Shown here piece by piece: positions 37,100 through 46,298 of a DNA stretch of 64,000 nucleotides. A program made the position numbers and the translations under genes. The stretch spans positions 25,426 to 89,425 of the forward strand of contig DATLJS010000055.1 of NCBI GenBank assembly GCA_035538795.1, read 5' to 3'. This stretch comes from Candidatus Sulfotelmatobacter sp. (GTDB lineage: Bacteria; Pseudomonadota; Alphaproteobacteria; Rhodospirillales; Magnetospirillaceae). The first letter of the stretch is position 1; each line of letters starts with the position of its first letter. The notes beneath the pieces are model-generated. The model searched no databases and was not told the origin of the DNA. It saw nothing but the letters and a program-made list of their open reading frames with translations.

Positions 37100-37716
37100 C
37101 AGGCGTTCTTTCGGCCGCGAAGGGGGGCACGGTTGGACAGTTTCGCCAAAGCCGCCGTGATCTTCAGCAGTGTCGTCCGCCGGCCCATGCCGGTGGGAAT
37201 GATGAAGTCGGCGCGGCGGCGCTTGTCGGCGTCGGACATCTGGCGGTGGCGGATGACGTCCAGTTTGTTGTGGGTCATGCCGCTGCGGGCCATCACCCGC
37301 TGTTCCTGCAAAAAGGCTGGGCAGGTCAGCACCGCCACGGCGTCGCAGCGCTTTTCGCCGTGGGTCTCGAACAACAGCGGAATATCCAGGGCGACGATCT
37401 TTCGGCGCTGACGGCGGGCCCGCTGCAGGAAGCGACGCTCCTGTTCGTGCACCAACGGATGCAGGATGTTTTCCAACGCCTTCAGCGCCGCCTTGTCGGA
37501 AAACACCCGCGCCGCCAGACGCGGCCGGTCGACGGCGCCGCCCCAGACGGTATGGGGAAAGGCGGCTTCCACCAGCGGCACGGCCTTGCCGCCCTTGCGC
37601 AGCAGGCGGTGCACCACGTCATCGGCGTCGTGAACGGGAATTCCCAGGCTGCGCAGCATGTTGGCCGCCGTGGTCTTGCCCATGCCGATAGAGCCGGTAA
37701 GGCCGAGAATGATCAT
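37099..37716 (-). CDS. coaE: dephospho-CoA kinase
   Basis: MIILGLTGSIGMGKTT P-loop N-terminus and a 205-aa length. ATG 37716 overlaps the aroE stop (ATGA). The ORF-track extension to 38574 lies inside aroE and is rejected. Confidence 0.88.
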   Translation of the reverse strand: MIILGLTGSIGMGKTTAANMLRSLGIPVHDADDVVHRLLRKGGKAVPLVEAAFPHTVWGGAVDRPRLAARVFSDKAALKALENILHPLVHEQERRFLQRARRQRRKIVALDIPLLFETHGEKRCDAVAVLTCPAFLQEQRVMARSGMTHNKLDVIRHRQMSDADKRRRADFIIPTGMGRRTTLLKITAALAKLSNRAPLRGRKNA

Positions 37717-38552
37717 AGTTCCCCCACGAAAGTCCTCAGTTCGCCGGTCACTTCCGGCATCACCCCGAACCAGGCTTGGAAACCGGGACGGGCCTGATGC
37801 AGAAGCATCCCCAGACCATCTACCAAGCGGTTCCCCCGGGCTTGCGCCCGCGCTAGCAGATCGGTCATCAACGGAGCATAAACAATATCGGTGACCAAGG
37901 CATCCGGCGGCAGAGCATCCAGCGGCAGGTCCAACGGCTGTTGTCCCGTCATGCCCAGAGTGGTGGTGTTGACCAGCAGGGCGGCACCCTCCAGGGCGGC
38001 GGCGCGGGCGTCCCACTCCAGCACCGTCACCTTGCCGCCCAGAGCCTGGGCCACCTCTTCGGCGCGGGCGCGGGTACGGTTCAAAAGACGGATATCGGGG
38101 CAGCCGTCGTCCTGCAAGGCGGCGATCACCGCCCGCGCCGCGCCGCCCGCGCCCAATACCACCGCCGGACCCCGGGCCGCCGAAAAACCGGCAGCGCCTT
38201 GGCGCAGATTCTCGATGAAACCGAAAGCGTCGGTATTGCGGCCCAGGATCGAACCGTCGGACCGCACCACCAGCGTGTTCACCGCGCCGATGCGCCGGGC
38301 CAGCGGCTCGACCTCGTCGGCCAGAATCATGGCCGCTTCCTTGTGGGGCACGGTGACGTTGGCGCCGGCGAAACCCATGCGGGGCAGGGCGCGAAACACC
38401 GACTCGAAATCCTCGGGCTTCACCGGCAGCGGCAGATAGGCACCGTCGATGCCCAGGCTTTGCAGCCAGAACCCGTGCAAACGCGGCGAGCGGGAATGTC
38501 CCACCGGCCAGCCCATCACCCCGGCCAATTTTGCCCTGCCCGACAGAATCAT
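37713..38552 (-). CDS. aroE: shikimate dehydrogenase
   Basis: GVMGWPVGHSRSPRLHGFW and NVTVPHKEAA motifs, with a GAGGAARAV Rossmann loop. The start ATG 38552 overlaps the maf stop. Confidence 0.88.
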   Translation of the reverse strand: MILSGRAKLAGVMGWPVGHSRSPRLHGFWLQSLGIDGAYLPLPVKPEDFESVFRALPRMGFAGANVTVPHKEAAMILADEVEPLARRIGAVNTLVVRSDGSILGRNTDAFGFIENLRQGAAGFSAARGPAVVLGAGGAARAVIAALQDDGCPDIRLLNRTRARAEEVAQALGGKVTVLEWDARAAALEGAALLVNTTTLGMTGQQPLDLPLDALPPDALVTDIVYAPLMTDLLARAQARGNRLVDGLGMLLHQARPGFQAWFGVMPEVTGELRTFVGEL

Positions 38553-39145
38553 GATGCGAGAACTCCGTGAACACGCAGGAAATCGAGCAGCGGTAGCAGC
38601 GGCAGCCCCAGGATGACGAAGTGATTCCCCTCGACCCGGGAAAACAACTGCGCTCCCGCCGCTTCCAGCTGATAAGCTCCGACCGAGGACAGCACAGCGT
38701 CGCCGGCCTTGTCGAGATACTGCTCCAGGAACTCTTCGGAAAAGGGCCGCATGGTCAGTTTGGCGGTTTCCACGTGATGCCAAATGCGCTGACCGCCCAG
38801 CATCACCACCGAAGCGGTAACCAGATGATGGGTCTTGCCGCGCAATTCCAGAAGCTGACCGCGGGCGGCGAGCCGATCGGCGGGCTTGTCGTACCAGCGA
38901 TCGTCGCAGACCAGCATCTGGTCGGCGCCGATCACCAGCGCGCCGTGATGGCGCTGAGACAGACGGGTGGCCTTGATTTCGGCCAAAGCCTCCGCCGCTT
39001 CCGCCGCGGTGGCGCCTTCACCCTTCAGGCTGGCCTTCACCGCATCCTCGTCGACGCCGGGCGGCAGGGCCGTAAAGGGAACACCGGCATTCTCCAGCAT
39101 GGCGCCGCGGGTGCGGCTGGCGGAGGCCAAGATGACGTCGGGCAT
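38549..39145 (-). CDS. maf: Maf-like nucleoside-triphosphate pyrophosphatase
   Basis: ILASASRTRGAMLENAGVPF N-terminus and the YQLEAAGAQLFSRVEGNHFVILGLPL pattern, 198 aa. The long upstream ORF extension is rejected. Confidence 0.85.
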   Translation of the reverse strand: MPDVILASASRTRGAMLENAGVPFTALPPGVDEDAVKASLKGEGATAAEAAEALAEIKATRLSQRHHGALVIGADQMLVCDDRWYDKPADRLAARGQLLELRGKTHHLVTASVVMLGGQRIWHHVETAKLTMRPFSEEFLEQYLDKAGDAVLSSVGAYQLEAAGAQLFSRVEGNHFVILGLPLLPLLDFLRVHGVLAS

Positions 39146-39153
39146 GGGAATCC

Positions 39154-39993
39154 TCAGGTGACGATGATTTCGGCGGACGCGCCGGTATGGCGGATATAAT
39201 GCTGCAGAATGGCCGCCGAAGCTTCCTCGATGGACCGGCGCGACACGTCGATGACCGGCCAGTTGTGGCGGGTGAACAGACGCCGGGCCATGGCCACTTC
39301 CTCGCGCACCTTGTCCAGGTCGGCATAGTCCGCTTCCCCGTCGTGATTGAGAAATTGCAGCCGCGACCGGCGGATGTCGGTCAGGCTTTTCGGTTCCTTG
39401 GTCAGTCCGACGATCAGCGGCCGCTTGGCTTGGAACAGTTCGGGGGGCGGTTCGATCCCCGGCACCAGCGGAATATTGGCGGCCTTCAGGCCCCGGTTGG
39501 CCAGATACATGCAGGTCGGAGTCTTCGAGGTTCGGGAAATTCCTACCAGAATGACGTCGGCATCGTCCAGATCGTGCAGCAGCTGGCCGTCGTCGTGGGC
39601 CAGGGTGAAATGCATGGCGTCGATACGGCGGAAATATTCGGCGTCGAGAACATGCTGACGGCCCGGCTGCGCACCGAATTCCGAATCCAGATAACCGGCC
39701 AGCGCCCCCATCACCGGATCCAGCACCGGCACGAAGGGAACATGCATGTGGCGGCAGGCTTCTTCCAGAAGACCGCGCACGCCGCCGTCGAGAACTGTGG
39801 CCAGCACCAGGCCGGGATTGGCCTCGATGCCGGTGATCACCCGTTCGACCTGCTTTTCCGTACGCACCAGCCACCAGGGATGGGTGATGGCCTCGACTTT
39901 TTCAAACTGCACCAGACAGGCGCGGGCCACCGAGTTCAAGGTCTCGCCGGTGGCGTCGGATACCAGATGAAGATGGAATTTCTTGACCGACAC
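39154..39993 (-). CDS. pyruvate, phosphate dikinase / PEP synthase regulatory protein (DUF299 kinase/pyrophosphorylase)
   Basis: FHLHLVSDATGETL N-terminal motif and a GISRTSKTPTCMYLA P-loop. The start is uncertain. GTG 39993 gives the ~279 aa typical of the family and leaves a perfect DnaA box intergenic. In-frame ATGs at 40041 and 40080 are alternatives. Confidence 0.8.
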   Translation of the reverse strand: MSVKKFHLHLVSDATGETLNSVARACLVQFEKVEAITHPWWLVRTEKQVERVITGIEANPGLVLATVLDGGVRGLLEEACRHMHVPFVPVLDPVMGALAGYLDSEFGAQPGRQHVLDAEYFRRIDAMHFTLAHDDGQLLHDLDDADVILVGISRTSKTPTCMYLANRGLKAANIPLVPGIEPPPELFQAKRPLIVGLTKEPKSLTDIRRSRLQFLNHDGEADYADLDKVREEVAMARRLFTRHNWPVIDVSRRSIEEASAAILQHYIRHTGASAEIIVT

Positions 39994-40377
39994 GAAGGCA
40001 CCGTCCTGTGGATAAGTCCGAACTTCGGGGATAACCCCCATGGTTTCGCCAGTGTGCCAATTTTGCCCCCCACATGCCATGGCCTAATCCATTCCTCGGC
40101 CCCCCTGTGGAGCGAAGACTTCGTCGCCGATACGGAATCGGGGATGTTTCGCAGACACCGCCATTATCCCCGTTTTCCAGTGGTCGCCGTCCCCATGATT
40201 CCTTGATCGACCTCAAGGGCTTGCGGACGGTTGAAGTCTTATTGTCCACAGAATTCCTCGTCAGGGGATAAAAGGTGGATAATTCGCGGGACAGCCTGTG
40301 CGAAGAGTCGCATCCCCGTTATCCACAGGCATCCACCATCACAGCCACCTTTCCTAATACCTTTAAGACCTGTATTG
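39994..40377. other. oriC: putative chromosomal replication origin (oriC) with DnaA-box cluster
   Basis: Two perfect TTATCCACA boxes (40007-40015 reverse, 40319-40327 forward). Two one-mismatch boxes (40242-40250, 40274-40282). Three two-mismatch boxes (40026-40034, 40164-40172, 40263-40271). Three GANTC sites. The spacer is non-coding and lies between a DUF299 gene and hemE, as at the Caulobacter origin. Confidence 0.7.
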
Positions 40378-41460
40378 ATGAGCCCAGTTCCAGTCACCAC
40401 GCCGGCCACGGAGACGACCTTGTCCCAGCATCCGCAAAAAGCCTTTCTGCGCGCCCTCAAAGGCGAAACCGTCTCGCCGCCGCCGTTCTGGCTGATGCGC
40501 CAGGCCGGACGCTATTTGCCGGAATACCGCGAAGTCCGTGCCGGCTGCTCCGGCTTCCTCGATCTTTGCTACACGCCAGAAAAAGCCACGGAAGTCACAC
40601 TCCAGCCGCTGCGCCGTTATGGCTTCGACGCCGCCATCTTGTTCTCGGACATCCTGGTCGTGCCCGACGCCCTGGGTCAGCCGGTATCCTTCCGCGAAGG
40701 CGAAGGCCCCAGGCTGAACCCCATCCGCGACGCCACCGGTTTAGACAAATTGTCCAAGAACGGCTTCAAATCCCATCTGGCTCCGGTCTTCGAAACCGTT
40801 TCCCGTCTGTCTAAAGCCATTCCCGCAACCACCGCGCTGATCGGCTTCGCCGGAGCCCCCTGGACGGTCGCCACCTATATGGTCGAAGGAGCCGGCTCCA
40901 AGGAGTTCGTTGAAACGAAAAAGCTGGCCTATGGCCAGCCGTCTGTTTTCAAGGCGTTGATCGACCTTCTGGTGGACGCCACCGGCGACTATCTGATCAC
41001 TCAGATCGATCACGGCGCCGAAGCCATCCAGCTTTTCGACAGCTGGGCCGGCGTGCTGCCGGAAGAAGAGTTTTCAAAGTGGGTGATCGAACCCACCCGC
41101 CGACTGGTCGAACGCATCAAGAGCGAACGGCCGGGAATTCCCGTCATCGGTTTCCCCCGCTGCGCCGGAGCTTTGCTGCTGCCGTTCGTCGAACGGACTG
41201 GCGTCGATGCCGTCAGCCTGGACACCAGCGTTCCCTTGGATTGGGCCGCCCGGCATATCCAGACTAAGGTGACGGTGCAGGGCAATCTGGACCCGGTGAT
41301 GCTGATCGCCGGCGGCCCGGCCCTGGATCAAGCCATCGACCATGTGCTGAAGGCGCTGGGCAAGGGGCCGTTCATTTTCAATCTCGGCCACGGCATTTTA
41401 CCCTCGACCCCGCCCGAAAACGTGGCACGTCTGGCCGACAAGGTGAAGGGCAGGATTTAA
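40378..41460 (+). CDS. hemE: uroporphyrinogen decarboxylase
   Basis: [16 protein letters not shown] signature near the N-terminus and collinear URO-D similarity across 360 aa. The start is set at ATG 40378, and the ORF-track start at 40231 lies in the DnaA-box region. Confidence 0.92.
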   Translation: MSPVPVTTPATETTLSQHPQKAFLRALKGETVSPPPFWLMRQAGRYLPEYREVRAGCSGFLDLCYTPEKATEVTLQPLRRYGFDAAILFSDILVVPDALGQPVSFREGEGPRLNPIRDATGLDKLSKNGFKSHLAPVFETVSRLSKAIPATTALIGFAGAPWTVATYMVEGAGSKEFVETKKLAYGQPSVFKALIDLLVDATGDYLITQIDHGAEAIQLFDSWAGVLPEEEFSKWVIEPTRRLVERIKSERPGIPVIGFPRCAGALLLPFVERTGVDAVSLDTSVPLDWAARHIQTKVTVQGNLDPVMLIAGGPALDQAIDHVLKALGKGPFIFNLGHGILPSTPPENVARLADKVKGRI

Positions 41461-41464
41461 GGCC

Positions 41465-42523
41465 ATGGCTCAAAAAGTCGCGGTGGTTCTGTTCAATCTG
41501 GGCGGACCGGACAGTCTTCAGGCTGTTCAGCCCTTTTTGTTCAACCTGTTCAACGATTCCGCCATCATCGGCGCGCCGGGTCCGATCCGCTGGCTTTTGG
41601 CCCAATACATCTCGTCCAAACGGGCGCCCGTCGCCAAGGACATCTATGCCAAGATCGGTGGAAAATCGCCCTTGCTGGATTTGACTCGGCAGCAATCGGC
41701 TTCTTTGCAATCGCTGCTGGCCGGACCGGCGGCGCAGAAGGGGCAGGATGTCCGCTGCTTCATCGCCATGCGCTATTGGCATCCCTTTACCGAGCAAACG
41801 GTGGCGGAAGTCAAAAAATGGGGGGCGCAACAGGTGATTCTGTTGCCGCTCTATCCACAATATTCCTCGGCCACCAGCGGATCGTCGCTAAAGGCCTGGA
41901 AGAGCGTAGCCGACCGCATGGGCCTGAAGGTTCCCACCCGCAGCATCTGCTGTTATCCCACCGAACCCGGCATGATCGCGGCCCAAGCGGATCTGCTCGG
42001 CAAGGCTTTGCAGCGGGCGATGGCGGTCAGCTCCAACATCCGGGTGCTGTTTTCCGCCCACGGCTTGCCCAAAGCGCTGATCGACAGGGGAGATCCCTAT
42101 CAAGCCCATGTGGAAGCCGGAGCGGCGGCGATCGTTCAGGCGTTGAACCAGCCGGGCCTGGACTGGAAAGTGACTTATCAGAGCCGCGTCGGTCCGACCG
42201 AATGGATCGGCCCCTATACGGACGATGAAATCAAAAAGGCCGGCGCGGAAAAGAAAGGGCTGGTGATTCTGCCCATCGCCTTCGTTTCCGAACATTCCGA
42301 GACGCTGGTGGAACTGGACATGGACTATCTGCATCTGGCCAAGCAGGCCGGAGTGACGGCCTATGTTCGGGTTCCCGCCTTGGGATCCCACCCCACTTTC
42401 ATCAAGGGATTGGCCGGACTGGTGGGTAAGGCGATGGCCTCGAAGATCGAGCCCTGTTCGCAAAGCGGCGCCCGTCTTTGCGGCGCGGCCTTAAGCAAAT
42501 GCCCGAACAAGGGAGCCGCTTGA
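41465..42523 (+). CDS. hemH: ferrochelatase
   Basis: VAVVLFNLGGPDSLQAVQPFLFNLFND N-terminus, with LLPLYPQYSSATSGSS and FSAHGLP motifs. Confidence 0.92.
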   Translation: MAQKVAVVLFNLGGPDSLQAVQPFLFNLFNDSAIIGAPGPIRWLLAQYISSKRAPVAKDIYAKIGGKSPLLDLTRQQSASLQSLLAGPAAQKGQDVRCFIAMRYWHPFTEQTVAEVKKWGAQQVILLPLYPQYSSATSGSSLKAWKSVADRMGLKVPTRSICCYPTEPGMIAAQADLLGKALQRAMAVSSNIRVLFSAHGLPKALIDRGDPYQAHVEAGAAAIVQALNQPGLDWKVTYQSRVGPTEWIGPYTDDEIKKAGAEKKGLVILPIAFVSEHSETLVELDMDYLHLAKQAGVTAYVRVPALGSHPTFIKGLAGLVGKAMASKIEPCSQSGARLCGAALSKCPNKGAA

Positions 42524-42954
42524 TGAGCGACGCCTATCTGTGGTTCAAGGCCGTGCACATCATGGCGGTGATTTCGTGGATGGCCGGGCTGTTCTATTGT
42601 CCGCGGCTGTTCGTCTATCACGCCGGCGTCGCCGCCGGCTCCGAGCAGTCGGAACTGTTTAAGGTGATGGAACGCCGCCTGATCCACGCCATCACCATTC
42701 CGGCGGCGGTGGTAAGCTGGACCATGGGATTGATCATGATCACCCAGATCGGCCTGGCCGGCCACGGCTGGTTGCACGCCAAGCTGGTGCTGGTGCTGGC
42801 AATGACGGTTTTCACGGTGGCGCTTGAGAGATACCGCATCGCCTTCGCCGAGGACCGCAACGTCAAATCGGAGAAGTTCTTTCGCGGCTTCAACGAGATT
42901 CCGACCTTGCTGATGATCGGCATTGTGATCCTGGTGGTGGTCAAGCCTTTTTAA
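42523..42954 (+). CDS. hemJ: protoporphyrinogen IX oxidase HemJ (UPF0093 family)
   Basis: YLWFKAVHIMAVISWMAGLFYCPRLFVYH signature, four transmembrane helices and ~143 aa. The ATG overlaps the hemH stop. Confidence 0.82.
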   Translation: MSDAYLWFKAVHIMAVISWMAGLFYCPRLFVYHAGVAAGSEQSELFKVMERRLIHAITIPAAVVSWTMGLIMITQIGLAGHGWLHAKLVLVLAMTVFTVALERYRIAFAEDRNVKSEKFFRGFNEIPTLLMIGIVILVVVKPF

Positions 42955-42961
42955 TCTTTGT

Positions 42962-42990
42962 TTGACTTGATTTCGGCTTTTCGCTAAAGC
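42962..42990 (+). promoter_or_regulatory. putative sigma-70 promoter for rho
   Basis: TTGACT, a 17-nt spacer and TAAAGC (a weak -10), about 140 nt upstream of the rho ATG. It is followed by a C-rich, G-poor leader. Confidence 0.35.
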
Positions 42991-43129
42991 TTCCCAAGTC
43001 GGCGGGCCGATGCCAGCCGTCTCACCTTATGCCGCCTTGGGCCGATCCTAACTCCGCCCTCCGGCAGACAACCTCCCTCCGGCCCCTTTGGGGCAAATCC
43101 TCCCGTATTTTCCTACTATTGGACCCGCT

Positions 43130-44386
43130 ATGAATCTTCAGGAATTGAAGGCCAAGACTCCGGCTGAACTTCTCGCCTATGCCGAGGAGCTGCAGATCGA
43201 AAACGCATCGACCTTGCGCAAGCAGGACATGATGTTCGCCATCCTGAAGCAGCTGGCCGAGAACGACACGCCGATCTATGGCGACGGCGTTCTCGAAATT
43301 CTGTCGGACGGGTTTGGTTTTCTGCGTTCGCCCCAGGCCAATTATCTGCCGGGTCCCGACGACATCTATGTTTCGCCCAGCCAGGTCCGCCGCTTCGGCC
43401 TGCGCACCGGCGACACCGTCGAAGGCCAGATCCGGGCTCCCAAGGACGGCGAGCGCTATTTTGCCCTGCTGAAGGTCAACACCATCAATTTCGAGCCGCC
43501 GGAAAACGTGCGGCACCGCATCAACTTCGACAACCTGACTCCGCTTTATCCCGACGAGCGTCTGAAGCTGGAGCTGGAGGATCCCACCAAGAAGGATCTG
43601 ACCACCCGCGTCATCGACCTGATTTCGCCGCTGGGCAAGGGGCAGCGCGCCCTAATCGTGGCGCCGCCGCGCACCGGCAAGACGGTGATGCTGCAAAACA
43701 TCGCCCACGCCATTTCCGCCAACCACCCGGAAGTCTATCTGATCGTCCTGCTGATCGACGAGCGTCCGGAAGAAGTGACCGACATGGCCCGTTCGGTGAA
43801 GGGCGAAGTCATCAGCTCCACCTTCGACGAACCGGCCACCCGTCACGTCCAGGTCACCGAGATGGTCTTGGAAAAGGCCAAGCGTCTGGTCGAACACAAG
43901 CGCGACGTGGTGATCCTGCTGGACTCCATCACCCGCTTGGCCCGCGCCTACAATACCGTGGTGCCCAGCTCGGGCAAGGTGTTGACCGGTGGTGTCGACG
44001 CCAATGCCCTGCAGCGTCCGAAGCGCTTCTTCGGTGCCGCCCGCAATATCGAGGAAGGCGGTTCGCTGACCATTATCGCCACGGCCCTGATCGATACCGG
44101 CAGCCGTATGGACGAAGTGATTTTCGAAGAGTTCAAGGGCACCGGCAATTCCGAGCTGATCCTGGACCGCAAGCTGTCGGACAAGCGCACCTTCCCGGCT
44201 ATCGACATCACCAAGTCGGGCACCCGCAAGGAAGAGCTGCTGGTCGATCGCGGCGTTCTGTCCAAGATGTGGGTGCTGCGCCGCGTGCTGATGCCGATGG
44301 GCGTGGTCGACGCCATGGAGTTCCTGGTGGACAAGCTGAAGCATTCGAAGACCAATTCCGATTTCTTCGACGCCATGAACAGCTGA
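43130..44386 (+). CDS. rho: transcription termination factor Rho
   Basis: [22 protein letters not shown]-terminal domain, the OB-fold RNA-binding region (GFGFLR), Walker A PPRTGKT and RecA-like core motifs across 418 aa. Confidence 0.96.
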   Translation: MNLQELKAKTPAELLAYAEELQIENASTLRKQDMMFAILKQLAENDTPIYGDGVLEILSDGFGFLRSPQANYLPGPDDIYVSPSQVRRFGLRTGDTVEGQIRAPKDGERYFALLKVNTINFEPPENVRHRINFDNLTPLYPDERLKLELEDPTKKDLTTRVIDLISPLGKGQRALIVAPPRTGKTVMLQNIAHAISANHPEVYLIVLLIDERPEEVTDMARSVKGEVISSTFDEPATRHVQVTEMVLEKAKRLVEHKRDVVILLDSITRLARAYNTVVPSSGKVLTGGVDANALQRPKRFFGAARNIEEGGSLTIIATALIDTGSRMDEVIFEEFKGTGNSELILDRKLSDKRTFPAIDITKSGTRKEELLVDRGVLSKMWVLRRVLMPMGVVDAMEFLVDKLKHSKTNSDFFDAMNS

Positions 44387-44414
44387 TCTCGTTCACCGGT
44401 CCGAAAAAGCAAAA

Positions 44415-44447
44415 GGGCGCTGTTCCACGTGAAACAGCGCCCTTTTT
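44415..44447 (+). terminator. rho-independent terminator of rho, stem built around a parS-like palindrome
   Basis: GGGCGCTGTT-CCACGTGA-AACAGCGCCC followed by TTTTT, 29 nt after the rho stop. Confidence 0.8.
44421..44436. other. parS: parS site (TGTTCCACGTGAAACA, 1 mismatch to the palindrome)
   Basis: Matches the canonical ParB-binding consensus TGTTNCACGTGAAACA, read directly. Confidence 0.8.
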
Positions 44448-44509
44448 GTATGTTGTTAAGCCTAGTATCTTGCTTCAATCAGGGTGATCGCGATTAAGGG
44501 GATATTCAC

Positions 44510-46189
44510 ATGAAAATCAAATCCATCATGATCCGCTTGAGCGGGTTGATTCTCCTCAGCGCCGTGGGGTTGGCGCTGCTGTCTTTTCTCGCGGCGTATT
44601 TCCTGCGCGAAAGCATGATGGATGCAAAAATTTCCGAGGCCCGTGTTCTTGTGGAATCGGCCAGGGATCTGATCAAGGGCTATCACGACCGGGCCGAGAA
44701 GGGGGAATTCGATCAGCAGACGGCGCAGGAACTGGCCAAGAAGGCTATCCGCTCCATGCGTTACGACGGCTCCAATTACTTCGTCATCTACGATATGACG
44801 GTCACTACAGTCGTGCATCCGGCTCGGCCGGAACGCGATGGCAAGAATTTCTATGATGAAAAGGACGGCAACGGGGATCTCTATTTGCATCGAATGCTGG
44901 AAACGGTGAAGCAAGGCGGCGGCGTCAGCACCTATTCCTTTCCCAAGGCGGGCGGCAGCGTTCCCATCGGTAAGACGGCTTATTCCTTGCCCTACGAACC
45001 TTGGGGCTGGTTCATCGTGACTGGTCTTTACATCGACGACATCGACAGTGAATTTTGGAAGACCATCTGGAAATTCCTGGGGATTGGCACCGTCATTCTG
45101 CTGGTCATCTCGGCCACCGCCTTCCTGGTTTCACAATCCATTTCCCATCCTTTGAAGGCTTTGGCCGATACCACCAAGAAAATCATCGCCGGCGATTTTG
45201 CCGTAGCCGTGCCGGCGCTGGAGCGGGCTGACGAAATCGGTTCCCTGGCGGAAGCGGTCCAGCTTCTGCGGGACGAGGCCAAGACCGCTGCCGAGCTTCG
45301 CCATCAGCGGGAAAACGATATGCTCGATGCCGCTAATCAGCGGCATAAAACCATGATCGATATGGCCAAGCGTTTTGAAACCGGCGTGATGGGGGTGGTT
45401 AACGAAGTTTCGTCGTCTTCAGCGAAGATGGTCGAGGTCGGCCGGGTAATGGTTTTCAAGGTTCAGGAAGGCACCAAGCAGTTGGTGAACATGTCGGCGA
45501 CGGCCGAGGAAGCCACCGGTAATGTGGAGACGGTGGCGGTTGCCGCCGAGGAACTGTCGGCCTCGATCCGGGAAATCAGCCGTCAGGTGGCGGAGGCGGC
45601 GAATATTTCCTCAACCGCTTCGATTGAAACCGACCGCGCCAACCAGCTGGTCATCGGTCTGGCTCAAACCACCGACAAGATCGGCGCCGTCGTGCAGCTG
45701 ATCAACGATATCGCCACCCAGACCAATCTGCTGGCTCTGAACGCCACCATCGAAGCCGCCCGCGCGGGTGAAGCCGGTAAAGGTTTTGCCGTGGTGGCCA
45801 ACGAGGTCAAGCATCTGGCCACCCAGACGGCCAAGGCCACCGAGGAAATCACCACCCAGATCAATGCCGTTCAGGATGAAACACGGGGCGCGGTTTCCGC
45901 GATTGGCGGCATCGCCAGCGTCATCGAGCAGGTAAAAAGCATTTCTTCGGGCATCGCCTCGGCGGTGGAGCAGCAAAGCGCCGCCACCCAGGAAATCGCC
46001 CGTAACGTTCAGAACGCCGCCGACGGCACCCAGAAGATTTCCACCCATCTGGAAGAATTGGTGGTCGATGCCGAAACCCGTCTGCAACTGGTCAATCAGG
46101 TGGTGGATTCCATGTCAGGCATGGCCTCCAACACCGATAAGCTGCGTCAGGAAGTGACGGGCTTTATCGACGGCATCCGCAAGGGCTGA
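44510..46189 (+). CDS. methyl-accepting chemotaxis protein (single Cache-type sensor, HAMP, MCP signalling domain)
   Basis: N-terminal transmembrane helix, a Cache-like periplasmic domain (YFVIYD...VVHP...GKNFYDEKD), a second transmembrane helix, HAMP, and the highly conserved hairpin [41 protein letters not shown]. Confidence 0.92.
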   Translation: MKIKSIMIRLSGLILLSAVGLALLSFLAAYFLRESMMDAKISEARVLVESARDLIKGYHDRAEKGEFDQQTAQELAKKAIRSMRYDGSNYFVIYDMTVTTVVHPARPERDGKNFYDEKDGNGDLYLHRMLETVKQGGGVSTYSFPKAGGSVPIGKTAYSLPYEPWGWFIVTGLYIDDIDSEFWKTIWKFLGIGTVILLVISATAFLVSQSISHPLKALADTTKKIIAGDFAVAVPALERADEIGSLAEAVQLLRDEAKTAAELRHQRENDMLDAANQRHKTMIDMAKRFETGVMGVVNEVSSSSAKMVEVGRVMVFKVQEGTKQLVNMSATAEEATGNVETVAVAAEELSASIREISRQVAEAANISSTASIETDRANQLVIGLAQTTDKIGAVVQLINDIATQTNLLALNATIEAARAGEAGKGFAVVANEVKHLATQTAKATEEITTQINAVQDETRGAVSAIGGIASVIEQVKSISSGIASAVEQQSAATQEIARNVQNAADGTQKISTHLEELVVDAETRLQLVNQVVDSMSGMASNTDKLRQEVTGFIDGIRKG

Positions 46190-46216
46190 ACGGCTCTTGC
46201 AAACAAGACAAAGAAG

Positions 46217-46256
46217 GGAGCGTTGTTTCACGGGAAACAACGCTCCTGTTCTTTTT
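46217..46256 (+). terminator. rho-independent terminator of the MCP gene, stem built around a parS-like sequence
   Basis: GGAGCGTTGTTTC-ACGG-GAAACAACGCTCC followed by TGTTCTTTTT. Confidence 0.8.
46224..46239. other. parS: parS-like site (TGTTTCACGGGAAACA, 1 central mismatch)
   Basis: 15 of 16 positions match TGTTTCACGTGAAACA. Confidence 0.6.
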
Positions 46257-46260
46257 CGCC

Positions 46261-46276
46261 TGTTTCACGTGAAACA
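46261..46276. other. parS: parS site, perfect palindrome TGTTTCACGTGAAACA
   Basis: Exact 16-bp consensus in the intergenic space. The palindrome extends to 20 bp (CCTGTTTCACGTGAAACAGG, 46259-46278). Confidence 0.88.
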
Positions 46277-46298
46277 GGAAAATCCTACGGTATCGGCC

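Noticed and set aside
37717-38574. N-terminal 286-aa extension of the coaE ORF (track ORF 37099-38574) and the analogous extension of maf (39146-39874)
   Set aside because: The extensions overlap the aroE and PDRP coding regions out of frame and are Arg/Gly/Pro-rich. The canonical N-termini (MIILGLTGSIGMGKTT, MPDVILASAS) begin at internal ATGs that overlap the upstream stop codons.
39994-40377. Search for CtrA boxes (TTAA-N7-TTAA) and an obvious AT-rich DUE in the putative origin
   Set aside because: No full CtrA site and no long AT-rich tract were found by eye. I do not claim CtrA control or a defined unwinding element, and the oriC call rests on the DnaA boxes and synteny only.
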